From Acidobacteriota bacterium (GTDB taxonomy: Bacteria; Acidobacteriota; UBA6911; RPQK01; JAJDTT01): DNA of 64,000 bases. Location of the stretch: the NCBI GenBank assembly GCA_965263035.1, contig OZ253580.1, forward strand, positions 192,001-256,000, read 5' to 3'. Shown piece by piece: positions 8,619-17,744 of the stretch. A model generated the notes under the pieces. It searched no databases. It was given only the letters and a program-made list of their open reading frames with translations, and was not told the origin of the DNA. Both the position numbers and the translations under genes were made by a program. Within the stretch, counting starts at the first letter, position 1, and every line of letters starts with the position of its first letter.

Positions 8619-11080
8619 CTGCCCTTTACCCACATATTGCACAGGGCAAATTAGCCGTCCGGTTTCATTCATGTTTCTTCTCGTAAAGCGAAGCCCAGAC
8701 ACATGCCGTAGAGCGTGACGTAGCCCTGCCACATCAGTTGATGCCCAGGTGGGGAGTCGTGTTTACGAGCCAGATATCCTCCCAGGCGGGCCAGCACGAG
8801 CACGGCCGCCCCCAGGTCTTCCGGCGCTGGGAATCCTCGCGACGCGGCAAACGCCCCCAGGACCCGAATTTCCAGATCCGAGAACAACAATTGCGCCGGC
8901 AGGTCCGGGTCCTCTCGCCCCAACAGCGTCATCAGCATGATCCGCCAGGCGATGACGGCGTGCATGGCGATGGCCCGTTTCAGACGTTCGGCGGTTTGGT
9001 GCTGGAGCTGTTGTACCCGGCATCCGGTCTTGAGCACCCGGAAATAATCCTCCACCCGCCAGCGCAGCGCATACCATCTCAGCAGTTGCTGCGCCGTCTC
9101 GACATCGGTCACCGGCAGGGTGGTGAGCAGGAACCATTCCAGGCGCTTCCCCTGCGCCGGCGGCGCGACCTCCCGCGCGTGCACCACCGACAGTCTCAGC
9201 GACGGGATGCCGGTTGGGTTCCCGCGCGGCGCCGGAATCGTCAGGGTCTCGTAGCGCAGTTCCATCCGAGCCACCCGCGCCAGCCGCCGCGGGCGGGCCG
9301 CCTGCTTGCTGGCCTTGATCCGCGCACTCTGACGCTTCACCTCCAGCAGCATCCGGGCCCGCACCGGCGCCGATCGCAGGCGCCCGAACAGCTTCCGCTT
9401 CTGCTCCGGGTCCGGATCCGCGCTTTTCCCGGCCGCCTTCGCCGGGGTCTTCCTCTTCAGCACCCGATCCTGCTTCGCACGCACCAGCAACTCCACCTCC
9501 GGAGACGCTCGTTGCTCGGCGAACAGTGCGAAAAAATCCGCCTCCCGGTCCACCACGCTGACCACCCGCACCCCGTCGAGGGACCGCGACACCTCGGCGC
9601 AGTCCCGAAGTCCCTCGATCCAGCGATACGTCTTCTTCTTTTTCCGCGTGGCCACCGGTCCCGGCTTCGGCGCGTCCAGCTTCGCCCGCAACACCCCCAG
9701 CGGCAGCCCCGTCTCACTCACCACCAGCGTCGCGTGCAGATGCAGTCCCCGCGCCGTCGCTCCCGTCTGGTTGCGCCCGATCACCCCCAGTCCCTCACAC
9801 CGGCCGTGCCGCGTGAAGTTCAGATCGCTCCCGTCCTGGATGCACAGCACCGTCCGCTGCCCCTGCATCCGCTGCCGGGTCCGCTCCCGGTGCGGGGCCA
9901 GGATGTTGGACACCGTCACCGCCGAGGCTTCCGGCTGGTCGATCAGCCGGTAGTATCCCTTGACCGCCGCCGGATCGCCCCGCGCCACTCCCGTGAACGC
10001 CCGCCCCGGCTCCTGCGCCTGACGGTGCGCACTCTCCACCAGTCGCCGACTCAAGCGCCGGTCTCCCAGCGGCGCCCCGCCCAACTCCTGCTGAGCCCAG
10101 CCCTCTCCCTCCAGTCCCTCGCCCTCCGACATCGGTTCCACTCCCCGCCTCGGCGCCGGTCCCACCCCCAACCGCCGACGCCAATCCCGGCACAACTCAT
10201 ACCCATAGATCGCCTTGCTCGTCTCCGCACCCCGGTGCGCCCGATCTTGCCGGCCTCGACCCTGCGTCTGCCCCAGAACCCTCCAGTTCGTGGCGCGCAA
10301 ACTGGCCCCATCGTGGCGAGCCGTCTCCACGAAGGTCTCCACCAGCCAGGGACGGTAGCCGTAGCGCGCCTGGAACTCCGGACCCAGCCGCCGCAACACC
10401 TCCCCCAGCACCCGGGAGGCCAGATTACGACACCTCACTGACGGACGGATCAGAAACCGGCTCAGCCCCACCACCCGGTGCAGGTGCGCCCGGCGTTGTT
10501 CCTCATCCCATCCGATCCAGCGGTCCCGGTCCCGCAACCGCAACGCCGCCGCCCCGAACCCCAAGCCCCCCAGCCAGCCGTGCGCCGAGCCCACCAGATA
10601 GCGTAGTTGAGCACCCACCAACGGCCCCGCGCCCCGTGGATGCTCTCGCGCCATCAACTCGTTCCAGAGCGCTCGTTGCGGACCCGTCTCCACCAGAATC
10701 AACTCCAGCTCCCGCACGCCGTCCACCGTCTCGGGCACTTCCACCGGCTCCGGCACCGCACGGCCCAGTCCTCGGGGCCCGCAATGTTTCACCCGCCGTC
10801 GCGGCGTCGGCAGACGAATCCGTCCGCCCGCCTCCAGCTCCCGGAGCGCCTTCAGGCAGCCGCTCCGTTGCGCCCGCCCTCGGGCATCGTGAAATCCAAA
10901 CTCCGAGCAGACCCGGTCCGCCAGCGCCGTCCGGTGGGCGAACTTCTCCCGCCTCATCACGGCGTGCAAACGATCCAACTCTCGGCTCAAGGTGCGCTTG
11001 ATCTGGTTCTGAACTACCATGTCGTGAAGACTACGACAGGCATTCTTGTTTGTCCAGCACTATTTGTGGGTATAGGGCAG
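8619..11080 (-). mobile_element. IS4-family (IS50/Tn5-like) insertion sequence, 2462 bp
   Basis: TIRs CTGCCCTTTACCCACATAT / ATTTGTGGGTATAGGGCAG resemble IS50 ends; target duplication TCCTAGC(C/T) once the IS1182 is removed. Confidence 0.88.
8669..11020 (-). CDS. IS4/IS50-like DDE transposase with N-terminal DUF4338-like domain (783 aa)
   Basis: C-terminal part: LGDRRL..RL, IQDGS, DREAD, YALRWRVEDYFRVLK (YREK), LGGYL..K.D.PPG; N-terminal about 290 aa: RDRWIGW, RFLI.P.V...NLAS, ETFV, ATNW..LG.T.GRGRQDR. Confidence 0.88.
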   Translation of the reverse strand: MVVQNQIKRTLSRELDRLHAVMRREKFAHRTALADRVCSEFGFHDARGRAQRSGCLKALRELEAGGRIRLPTPRRRVKHCGPRGLGRAVPEPVEVPETVDGVRELELILVETGPQRALWNELMAREHPRGAGPLVGAQLRYLVGSAHGWLGGLGFGAAALRLRDRDRWIGWDEEQRRAHLHRVVGLSRFLIRPSVRCRNLASRVLGEVLRRLGPEFQARYGYRPWLVETFVETARHDGASLRATNWRVLGQTQGRGRQDRAHRGAETSKAIYGYELCRDWRRRLGVGPAPRRGVEPMSEGEGLEGEGWAQQELGGAPLGDRRLSRRLVESAHRQAQEPGRAFTGVARGDPAAVKGYYRLIDQPEASAVTVSNILAPHRERTRQRMQGQRTVLCIQDGSDLNFTRHGRCEGLGVIGRNQTGATARGLHLHATLVVSETGLPLGVLRAKLDAPKPGPVATRKKKKTYRWIEGLRDCAEVSRSLDGVRVVSVVDREADFFALFAEQRASPEVELLVRAKQDRVLKRKTPAKAAGKSADPDPEQKRKLFGRLRSAPVRARMLLEVKRQSARIKASKQAARPRRLARVARMELRYETLTIPAPRGNPTGIPSLRLSVVHAREVAPPAQGKRLEWFLLTTLPVTDVETAQQLLRWYALRWRVEDYFRVLKTGCRVQQLQHQTAERLKRAIAMHAVIAWRIMLMTLLGREDPDLPAQLLFSDLEIRVLGAFAASRGFPAPEDLGAAVLVLARLGGYLARKHDSPPGHQLMWQGYVTLYGMCLGFALREET

Positions 11081-11086
11081 TCCTAG

Positions 11087-12685
11087 GAGCCTGCGCTTTA
11101 GAAAGTTTGTGGGACGATGCAGACTGTCGGTTCCCGCATTGACGATCCCTATCGCAACAATTCTTCCGGTCGGCAGTCAGGGGGAACTCCCGAGACCCGA
11201 CTCTTGGAACGAGAAAACCGGTTGCGGCGGGCTCGGAACCTCGTCGGCACCTCTGATTCGCACCGCTGGGGAGCCATTTTCAGTGGAACGCTCCTCATTT
11301 ACGTCGCGATCAAGGTTTGCAGCCGTTTCACGTTCAGCGCCAGACACACCAAGTCCCACTCCCCTTGCACCTTCTGGAGTCCTCGAAGGCTGAAACGCCG
11401 AAATCCCAGCACTTCCTTGATCCAGCCGTGGGCCGCTTCGGACCGCCATTTGCGGGTGGCGTATAGCGCCCGGCCCGCCGCCGTCGTCAGTTTCTCCGCC
11501 ATCTGCCAAGTCGCCGGTGCCGTCTTCGGATCTCCGCTTTTCGTCGCCTTCTTCCCCTCCCGCCCCAGCGCCACGTAACCGTCGATGCCCCGCGTCTCCA
11601 GTTCGGCCAAGTCCCGTTCGTTGGCGTAATTCGAATCCGCCAGGATCGTCTCCGGCTGTCGTTCGTAGGTCTCCTTCACCGCATCCAGTTGCGCGATCAT
11701 CTGACCTTGGTCGCTCGCGTTATCCGTCACTTCCGTCGCCACGATCAACTGATTCGCTCCCTCCACCGTCACCTGCGCGTTGTAGCACTGCTGGAACCCC
11801 TCGGTGCTCGTCTTCATGATCCCGCTCTCCGGATCCGTGAAGTTGCTCTGCGCCTTCGGGTCCGGTTCCCCGTAGGCCCGTTTGTACGGCGGCCCTCCCT
11901 TCGGATTCCGATCCTGTCCCGGCTTCCGGCCCCGGGCGTCATCCGCCGCTCGTGGCTTCGCCTCGAGGCGCTCTTGGGCCGCCTGAATCGCCGCCAGACG
12001 TGTCTTCCGCCGACGCAGATCCTTCGGCACCTCATCCCCCCGATTCGCCTCCCCATACCGAGCGTCTTCCTCGGCATCCGTCTCTCCCGCCCTTCGCAGC
12101 AACTCCCGGATCTCCTCCTCCAGTCGGCGTTTCGCCTCCGGCATCCGCTCGTAGCTCATCGCCTTGCGCTTGCTCGCATTCGCCCGCACCTTCGTGCCGT
12201 CGATCGACAACTTCCCGAAACTCACCAGCCCCAGTTCCCGCGCCAGCCCGATCACCTCCACGAACAGCTTCCGGAAGTCCTCCAAATGCCGGCGACGAAA
12301 CTCGCAGATCGTCCGATGCTTCGGGAAATTCCCCGCCGCCAGCATCCGATACGCCAGATCCTCTTCCAACTTCTTCGCCATCCCTCGCGATGAGAACCCC
12401 CCCGTCGCATACCCGTAGATCAGGATCTTCACCATCATCCTCGGCTCATACGGCGTGTTGCGCCGTCCGTCCCCTTCATAGGGGGCGTAAAACGCCGTCA
12501 GGTCCAGCCGGTCCACCAGATCGCTCACGTGGTGCGCCAAATGGTCCTCCGACAACCAGTCCCGCAGATCCGGCGGCAACAACAGCTTCTGCTTCGGGTG
12601 GTAGGGACGAAACGTCGTTGGCATCCAACACCTCCGTCATCTATTCTCCCATCATCGTGAGACGCTGTTTCTACGGCGCAGACTC
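11087..12685 (-). mobile_element. IS1182-family insertion sequence, 1599 bp
   Basis: TIRs GAGCCTGCGCTTTAGAAA / TTTCTACGGCGCAGACTC; CTAG duplication at 11083-11086 and 12686-12689. Confidence 0.9.
11299..12624 (-). CDS. IS1182-family transposase
   Basis: YEPRMMVKILIYGY, IDGTK..ANAS, TDPES, YNAQ, ADSNY, RK..SE..HG.IK...GFRRFSLRG; GGAGG RBS. Confidence 0.92.
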   Translation of the reverse strand: MPTTFRPYHPKQKLLLPPDLRDWLSEDHLAHHVSDLVDRLDLTAFYAPYEGDGRRNTPYEPRMMVKILIYGYATGGFSSRGMAKKLEEDLAYRMLAAGNFPKHRTICEFRRRHLEDFRKLFVEVIGLARELGLVSFGKLSIDGTKVRANASKRKAMSYERMPEAKRRLEEEIRELLRRAGETDAEEDARYGEANRGDEVPKDLRRRKTRLAAIQAAQERLEAKPRAADDARGRKPGQDRNPKGGPPYKRAYGEPDPKAQSNFTDPESGIMKTSTEGFQQCYNAQVTVEGANQLIVATEVTDNASDQGQMIAQLDAVKETYERQPETILADSNYANERDLAELETRGIDGYVALGREGKKATKSGDPKTAPATWQMAEKLTTAAGRALYATRKWRSEAAHGWIKEVLGFRRFSLRGLQKVQGEWDLVCLALNVKRLQTLIAT

Positions 12686-12693
12686 CTAGCTTC

Positions 12694-13506
12694 TCACCGG
12701 GCCGCAACTTCCCGTTCGGATTTCGGAGGCTCCATGAAGTCGGACCAGATGCGGTCCAGGCGCTTCTCGAAAACGGTGAAGGCGTTGGCCCGAAAGAGGC
12801 GCCAGTCACCGCGGTTCAATTCCGAATCGAGCTGTCCCGAAGCCCATCCTGAATGCCCGACGAAGAGGCGGAGTTGGTGGGATTCCCTTTCCTCTTCCAG
12901 AAGACGCTCCAGCGTCTTCTTGTCGCCTCCGAAGTAGACGTCCCCCATCACATGCGTCGACTGTTCCAGCGGGTCCTCACTCCGGATCAGAAACATGAGC
13001 GTATCCAGACCCACCGGGCCTCCGTAGTAGAGTCGGGCCTTCCGACCTGGTGTTTCAAGCTGGGGCAGGACATCCTTCAAAGAGACCTTGGTAGCCCGGT
13101 TGACGATCACACCCAGCGTTCCGCCCGGGCCGTGGGCCACGAGCAGGACCACGGATTGGCGAAACCGGGGGTCGAGCATCCCCTTCCGGGCGACCAGGAA
13201 CACCCCCTTGCCCGGCTGGACCGCTTGATAGGGAATGCGGGGCCGCGGCTTTGGAATGGAAGCGGCTTCCGTTTCCATTCCGACACCCTGGCAGACCTGG
13301 AGCAGAACGCCCAGGGCCGCCCATCGCTTGACAGTCCGTGGCAAAAGTCCCGCGAGCACCGAGACCGTTCCTGCGCCCGCCGGACAAGGCGCGACGAGGG
13401 AGCATACCGGGAGTATGTGACCGAGTCGCAACGCAGTCCGCCGGGATGCAGGGACGGTCGAATGCCGTGACGACTTTTGCCACGGGCTGTTGAGGCTGAC
13501 CCGCAT
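12694..13506 (-). CDS. YqgE/AlgH (UPF0301) family protein with signal-peptide-like N-terminus carrying an in-frame MITE
   Basis: DPRFRQSVVLL..H...GTLGVIVNR, YGGPV, FVGHSGWASGQL..EL..GDW; ATG 13506. Confidence 0.85.
   Translation of the reverse strand: MRVSLNSPWQKSSRHSTVPASRRTALRLGHILPVCSLVAPCPAGAGTVSVLAGLLPRTVKRWAALGVLLQVCQGVGMETEAASIPKPRPRIPYQAVQPGKGVFLVARKGMLDPRFRQSVVLLVAHGPGGTLGVIVNRATKVSLKDVLPQLETPGRKARLYYGGPVGLDTLMFLIRSEDPLEQSTHVMGDVYFGGDKKTLERLLEEERESHQLRLFVGHSGWASGQLDSELNRGDWRLFRANAFTVFEKRLDRIWSDFMEPPKSEREVAAR
13332..13489. mobile_element. MITE family A, copy 2 (158 bp)
   Basis: TIRs CAGTCCGTGGCAAAAGTC / GACTTTTGCCACGGGCTG; TTGA duplication at 13328-13331 and 13490-13493. Confidence 0.92.
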
Positions 13507-13523
13507 GGTTGCCGCCCAGTCTA

Positions 13524-14915
13524 CTACGATGATGGGACCCGAGAAAGAAGCGACTGCCCGACGAACGTGCCCCGCGGTTTGAGCATCAGCCAGAACAGAG
13601 CCGCCACCACGTACACGCCACAGAACACCCACAAGACCGGGGTCCAGTTGTCACCCGACGGTCCCAATAGCAACGGAACCACGACGGGAAACACTGCCGC
13701 TCCCAAATTCCCCGCCATGTTCATGGTGCCGAAGATCGTCGCCACGTTGTTCCCTCCCATGGCGATGGTCAGGGAATTGACGATGGGGCTGACGAGAGCG
13801 CCAAAGAAGCCACCCACCCCAATGAGAGAGACGGCAAGCAGGGGACTGTGAACCAGACATCCAGCCACCGTGAGCAGGACTCCGACCATGAGGCAGCCCA
13901 AGGCCATCCCTTTCCGGGCCATTGCCGCATTCCCGCTTCTGGAGTAGATCCAATCGGAGGCGATACCACCCAACGGTCCCCCGAATAGAATCGCAATCAG
14001 GGGAACACTCGTCAGCAGGCCCGACTCGGCCACCGAGACGCCTCGCGCTTCCTGCAGATAGGTGGGAAACCAGCTGGCATAAAAAATATACCCGGCGGCC
14101 CGGAAGAACTGCTGCCCGCAGATGGCCCACATGGCCGGACTCGCGGCCAGATGCTTCCAGGGCGTCCTGCCGGGTCGGCCGCGGTCCGATCCCTCGTCCG
14201 CCGCCCCTTTCGCTTCCTGGGTGGCCTTGGACTCGGCCAGCAGAAGATCCAGTTCTCCCGGCGTCACGGAGGCATGGTCCTGAGGGCGGTCACGAAACCA
14301 ACGATAGAACAGAAGCGCCCAGATCCCCCCCGGAAGCGCGTAGAGGACGAAGAGCCAACGCCAGCCAACACCCCATTCCAAAAGAATCCCGGTCAGGAAG
14401 GCGACGAGGATGGCTCCTATCTGCATCCCGGCTCCGAGAGAGCCACTCGAAACGGCCAACCGGTTCACCGGCATCCATCTCGACAACACGACCGCGGAAC
14501 AGGGGAAGAGGCCCGCCTGGGCGACTCCGGAGAACATGCGGGGGACCAGCAACCAGAGGTAGGCCGCCACAATCGCTCCCGCCGGTCCCGCCAGCCAGAG
14601 GGCCAATGCCGTTCCCGCCAACGCCGACAGCATGGTGCAGACCGACCAGACCACCGAGTAGAACGGGAGGGTCCGGCGGGCGCCCCAGCGATCTCCCAGC
14701 CAGCCGGCCGGCACCTGGAATCCGGCGTAGACCCAGAAGAAGCCGCTCAGGATCCACCCCATCTGCTCCTTGCTCAGTCCCAGATCGGCCCGGATCGTGC
14801 TCTCGGCCACCGAGATGTAGTTGCGCTGGATGTAGGCGATGGCGGCCGCCACGCAGAGCCAGACCAGGACGGAGTAACGGACCCGGCTCCGAGGAGGGGA
14901 CGGGGTAGCGGTCAG
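13524..14915 (-). CDS. MFS transporter (anion:cation symporter/sugar-acid type); probable CTG start
   Basis: AYIQR, GWLGDRWGARR, multiple TM helices; the frame extends upstream of GTG 14852 to CTG 14915, 6 nt after GGAGG. Confidence 0.85.
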   Translation of the reverse strand: MTATPSPPRSRVRYSVLVWLCVAAAIAYIQRNYISVAESTIRADLGLSKEQMGWILSGFFWVYAGFQVPAGWLGDRWGARRTLPFYSVVWSVCTMLSALAGTALALWLAGPAGAIVAAYLWLLVPRMFSGVAQAGLFPCSAVVLSRWMPVNRLAVSSGSLGAGMQIGAILVAFLTGILLEWGVGWRWLFVLYALPGGIWALLFYRWFRDRPQDHASVTPGELDLLLAESKATQEAKGAADEGSDRGRPGRTPWKHLAASPAMWAICGQQFFRAAGYIFYASWFPTYLQEARGVSVAESGLLTSVPLIAILFGGPLGGIASDWIYSRSGNAAMARKGMALGCLMVGVLLTVAGCLVHSPLLAVSLIGVGGFFGALVSPIVNSLTIAMGGNNVATIFGTMNMAGNLGAAVFPVVVPLLLGPSGDNWTPVLWVFCGVYVVAALFWLMLKPRGTFVGQSLLSRVPSS

Positions 14916-14938
14916 GGAGAACCTCCGGAGCTATCGCA

Positions 14939-16618
14939 CTACTGGAGAGACGCGGTCTTGTTCAGGCCGTCTGCCGCAGACGGTGCGCGCACCTGGAATA
15001 CCTGGCCGGCGCTGACCTCCTGGTCGCTGATCTTGTCGTGGACCTTCACGTTCAGACTGTAGCGGCCCGGCTTCAGTTGCTGGATGGGAAGGCTCTTGAT
15101 CAGGACCATGCGCTGGCCGGAGAAGTACTGGATCGACTCACCCGACTCGTCCACTTCCTCCATCAGGACATCCTTGCCCGCGGAAATCCGAAAGCTGGCC
15201 TGGATGGAGGGAACCATCGTGGCCTGGTCGGCGTGCACGTTATACACCTGAAGATAGACGGCCAGAGGCGACGAGGCGGCGAACCTGTGATCCAGCACCG
15301 GACGCACCTTCACGTTCCCCAGGATGAACATCTCCTCCTGAGGAACATTCTCTATCTGCCGAACCAGATCGGTGAGGATCATGGAGCTCGCTTTCAGCTT
15401 TTCACCTCCGAAGACCGGCGGGACGATGGCGGTCCGGCTGACTCCCACCTTGCCGCTGCTCAGATCCTTGACCACCAGGTCCAGGCGGTAACGCAGCTTC
15501 CGGTCCAGGACCAGGATCTTCTGGTAAGTGGACCGGCCCTGTTTCTGAGCCTGGGCGGCGTACGCCTCCGGATGGTAGGTCTGCACCAGGTCGTAGTCGA
15601 ACTCGTCCACCACCTGCCTGGTCATGCTGGTGACCGCGCCGTAGACACCCACCTTGGCCACATAGCGCTGGTTTTTTTCCAGCTTGAACGATAGTTCGCC
15701 GTTGTCGAGTTCGACCGTCACCGGAACCACCACGCGATCGTCGCCCAGCTTGAAGTAGTCGCGCCGGACTCGGAAAGGGAGTGACTCGTAGCCGATGGAG
15801 ACGTCCACCAGTCCCTTCAGATCGCCGTACTTGATCTTCTTGGGCGCCTTGATCATCACGTAACGCTCGTAGCGCTCGAACACGTCGTCCTGAGCCCGGG
15901 TGGCCATGTAGGGGAAGCTGTCCCGCATGCCCGGAGAGAAGAAAGGCCGATCCTTCTTCTCGGCCAGACCCATCTCCTCGGCCAGCGTCAGGCCGCCACC
16001 GGGAAGATAGAGCAGCGCGTCCTTTTCGGCGGGGTCCAGGCTCAGCCGGTACTCTCCGCTCAAAGAGGGGTCCACGAACTCCAGTTCGATTTCCTGCCCC
16101 AGACCCTCGATCCAGCGGTAGCGCCAAGTTTCGAAGGGATAGGTGGAGGTCACGCCGCCCCCTTCGTGCATGGGGCGGGCATAGAAGCCCCCACCGGCGC
16201 GGGACGTGATCTGATCCGGCGGTCCATGAATGATGTAAATGCGGCCCCGATCGGTCATCCAGCCCGGCTTTCCACTGGGAAAGCGCTCGTTGGCATACGC
16301 GATCCGCCGGTAGTGTTCTTCCTTGTACTCGTTGATGGCCGTCCTCAGGTCCGGGTCGCGCCGGCGCCAGAACTGCTCGATGAACTGCTCCTTCTCCTCC
16401 ATGGTGCCCAGGCCGTTGAACACGTCCAGCTCTTCATCGGTGATGATGTAGACGATGTCCTCCTTGAGCCATTTCTTGTAGTAATCCTGCTGCTCTTCCT
16501 GGAGAACGGCCCGGTCGTCCCGCTTCTTCTCTTTGGCCTGAACCGGGAGCAGAACCAGAAACAGGGAAAGCAGAACGAACCTGACATCCATGGGAGAATT
16601 TACGAAGGTTCTTGACAT
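14939..16618 (-). CDS. GWxTD domain-containing secreted protein
   Basis: Signal peptide, WL.EDI.YIIT.EE, FW.RRDP, GWMTDRGRIYI..GPPD. Confidence 0.88.
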   Translation of the reverse strand: MSRTFVNSPMDVRFVLLSLFLVLLPVQAKEKKRDDRAVLQEEQQDYYKKWLKEDIVYIITDEELDVFNGLGTMEEKEQFIEQFWRRRDPDLRTAINEYKEEHYRRIAYANERFPSGKPGWMTDRGRIYIIHGPPDQITSRAGGGFYARPMHEGGGVTSTYPFETWRYRWIEGLGQEIELEFVDPSLSGEYRLSLDPAEKDALLYLPGGGLTLAEEMGLAEKKDRPFFSPGMRDSFPYMATRAQDDVFERYERYVMIKAPKKIKYGDLKGLVDVSIGYESLPFRVRRDYFKLGDDRVVVPVTVELDNGELSFKLEKNQRYVAKVGVYGAVTSMTRQVVDEFDYDLVQTYHPEAYAAQAQKQGRSTYQKILVLDRKLRYRLDLVVKDLSSGKVGVSRTAIVPPVFGGEKLKASSMILTDLVRQIENVPQEEMFILGNVKVRPVLDHRFAASSPLAVYLQVYNVHADQATMVPSIQASFRISAGKDVLMEEVDESGESIQYFSGQRMVLIKSLPIQQLKPGRYSLNVKVHDKISDQEVSAGQVFQVRAPSAADGLNKTASLQ

Positions 16619-16776
16619 CAGCACCTCGGAGATCCTGACCTGGACAAACGGTCGATGCGATCCATTATACCCGCTGCTCCGTTCGGTACAACAAACTCGG
16701 GTTCCTGCGAGCCGGGATCATACGTCAACCGGAAATGGGACCGGACGATCCTGCGGAATCAGCAGCCGCGCTTACG

Positions 16777-17146
16777 TTAGTAAGGCTGGTAGAGCCGTAC
16801 CCGCGCGTTGCCCGGCATCCGAAAATACGTGACGAGTCCGAAGCCCTGGCATGTCACTTCGCCGTCGAACACCACACCCCGGCCCTTCAGTTCCGTAACC
16901 GTGGTCTGGATGTCGCCGCAGTAGAAGGAAATGTCGTGGGTACCGGCCGGACTGCCGTGCTTCCCCGAGGGATCGGTGGGATGCACACCCATGTCCGGGC
17001 AGGTCGAAGATGAGCCAACCGCCGCCGACGTCGGTATAAGAGTCGAAGCCCAGCTTGTCGCGCAGGAACTCGCGCAACGCTTCCGGCTCCGACGAATAGA
17101 ACATTGTATGAACGCCTTTGATCCTGGTCGCCCTCCCGGTCCTCAT
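16777..17146 (-). pseudogene. VOC/glyoxalase-family gene split by a frameshift
   Basis: 5' frame IKGVHTMFYSS...DVGGGWLIFDLP continues in another frame as DMGVHPT...HDISFYC...LYQP; junction near 16995. Confidence 0.75.
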
Positions 17147-17169
17147 GCGCCACCTATCCGCGGCACCCG

Positions 17170-17316
17170 AGCAAAATGGATGCCGTCCCGCTACCAGGCG
17201 CCGTAGTAGCCGTTGACCGGATGGCTCGAGTCGACGCTCCCGTAGCCGTAGTAGGCCCGCTCGCATACCTTTTCGGGATAGGGGCGCAGGGCGTGGATCA
17301 CCACCGGGACGTGGCT
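17170..17316 (-). pseudogene. Degenerate fragment paralogous to the 1097-aa propeller protein
   Basis: SHVPVVIHALRPYPEKVCERAYYGYGSVDSSHPVNGYYGAW*RDGIHF aligns with SHIPLVIHTPWDLDPEKEYKLVYYDYGRTDPRHRVSGYYGAWSGDGIHW. Confidence 0.8.
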
Positions 17317-17324
17317 CTATGTTT

Positions 17325-17744
17325 TCATCGACCTGTGCCGATCAACTCGGAGCCTTCGGCCGCCGCCGCTCCGTTTCTCTTCAAGAGAGCGACGGCGCTG
17401 CGATCGAAACTCGCGAACACGCTTGCACCGAATCTCTCTCCTTGATGGGCGATGACTTCGTCAGCGAAGTCTCCGCCTGCGCGCAGCAGGGTCAAACCCG
17501 CCTCGACCGCCGGAAGATCAGTGACCACGGCATCGATTTCACATATCGCCTCGATCGCTACGGCGATTTCATCGACTTTGCGACCGTAGCCGCGCCTCGA
17601 CATCCAAGCGAACTCACAGAAGACCGGCACGGGAACGGTAATGACCGTTGAACGCACGAGCAACGCCTGTGCCGCCGTGGCCTGCTACGCGTTGTCCTGC
17701 AGGACCGTACGCAGCGGCACATTCGTATCGGCTGTAATCCTCAC
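17325..17744 (-). pseudogene. vapC: VapC (PIN) toxin with in-frame TAG at codon 20
   Basis: VRITADTNV..R..LQDNA*QA...VFCEFAW...GGDFAD..IA......FASFDR; stop at 17687-17685. Confidence 0.82.

Noticed and set aside
8669-11020. A Druantia defence system
   Set aside because: No DruE helicase or other dru genes; the DUF4338-like domain is inside an IS
17191-17687. Two in-frame TAG codons as amber recoding (pyrrolysine or alternative code)
   Set aside because: TAG terminates many intact genes here, and neighbouring genes have frameshifts, pointing to decay
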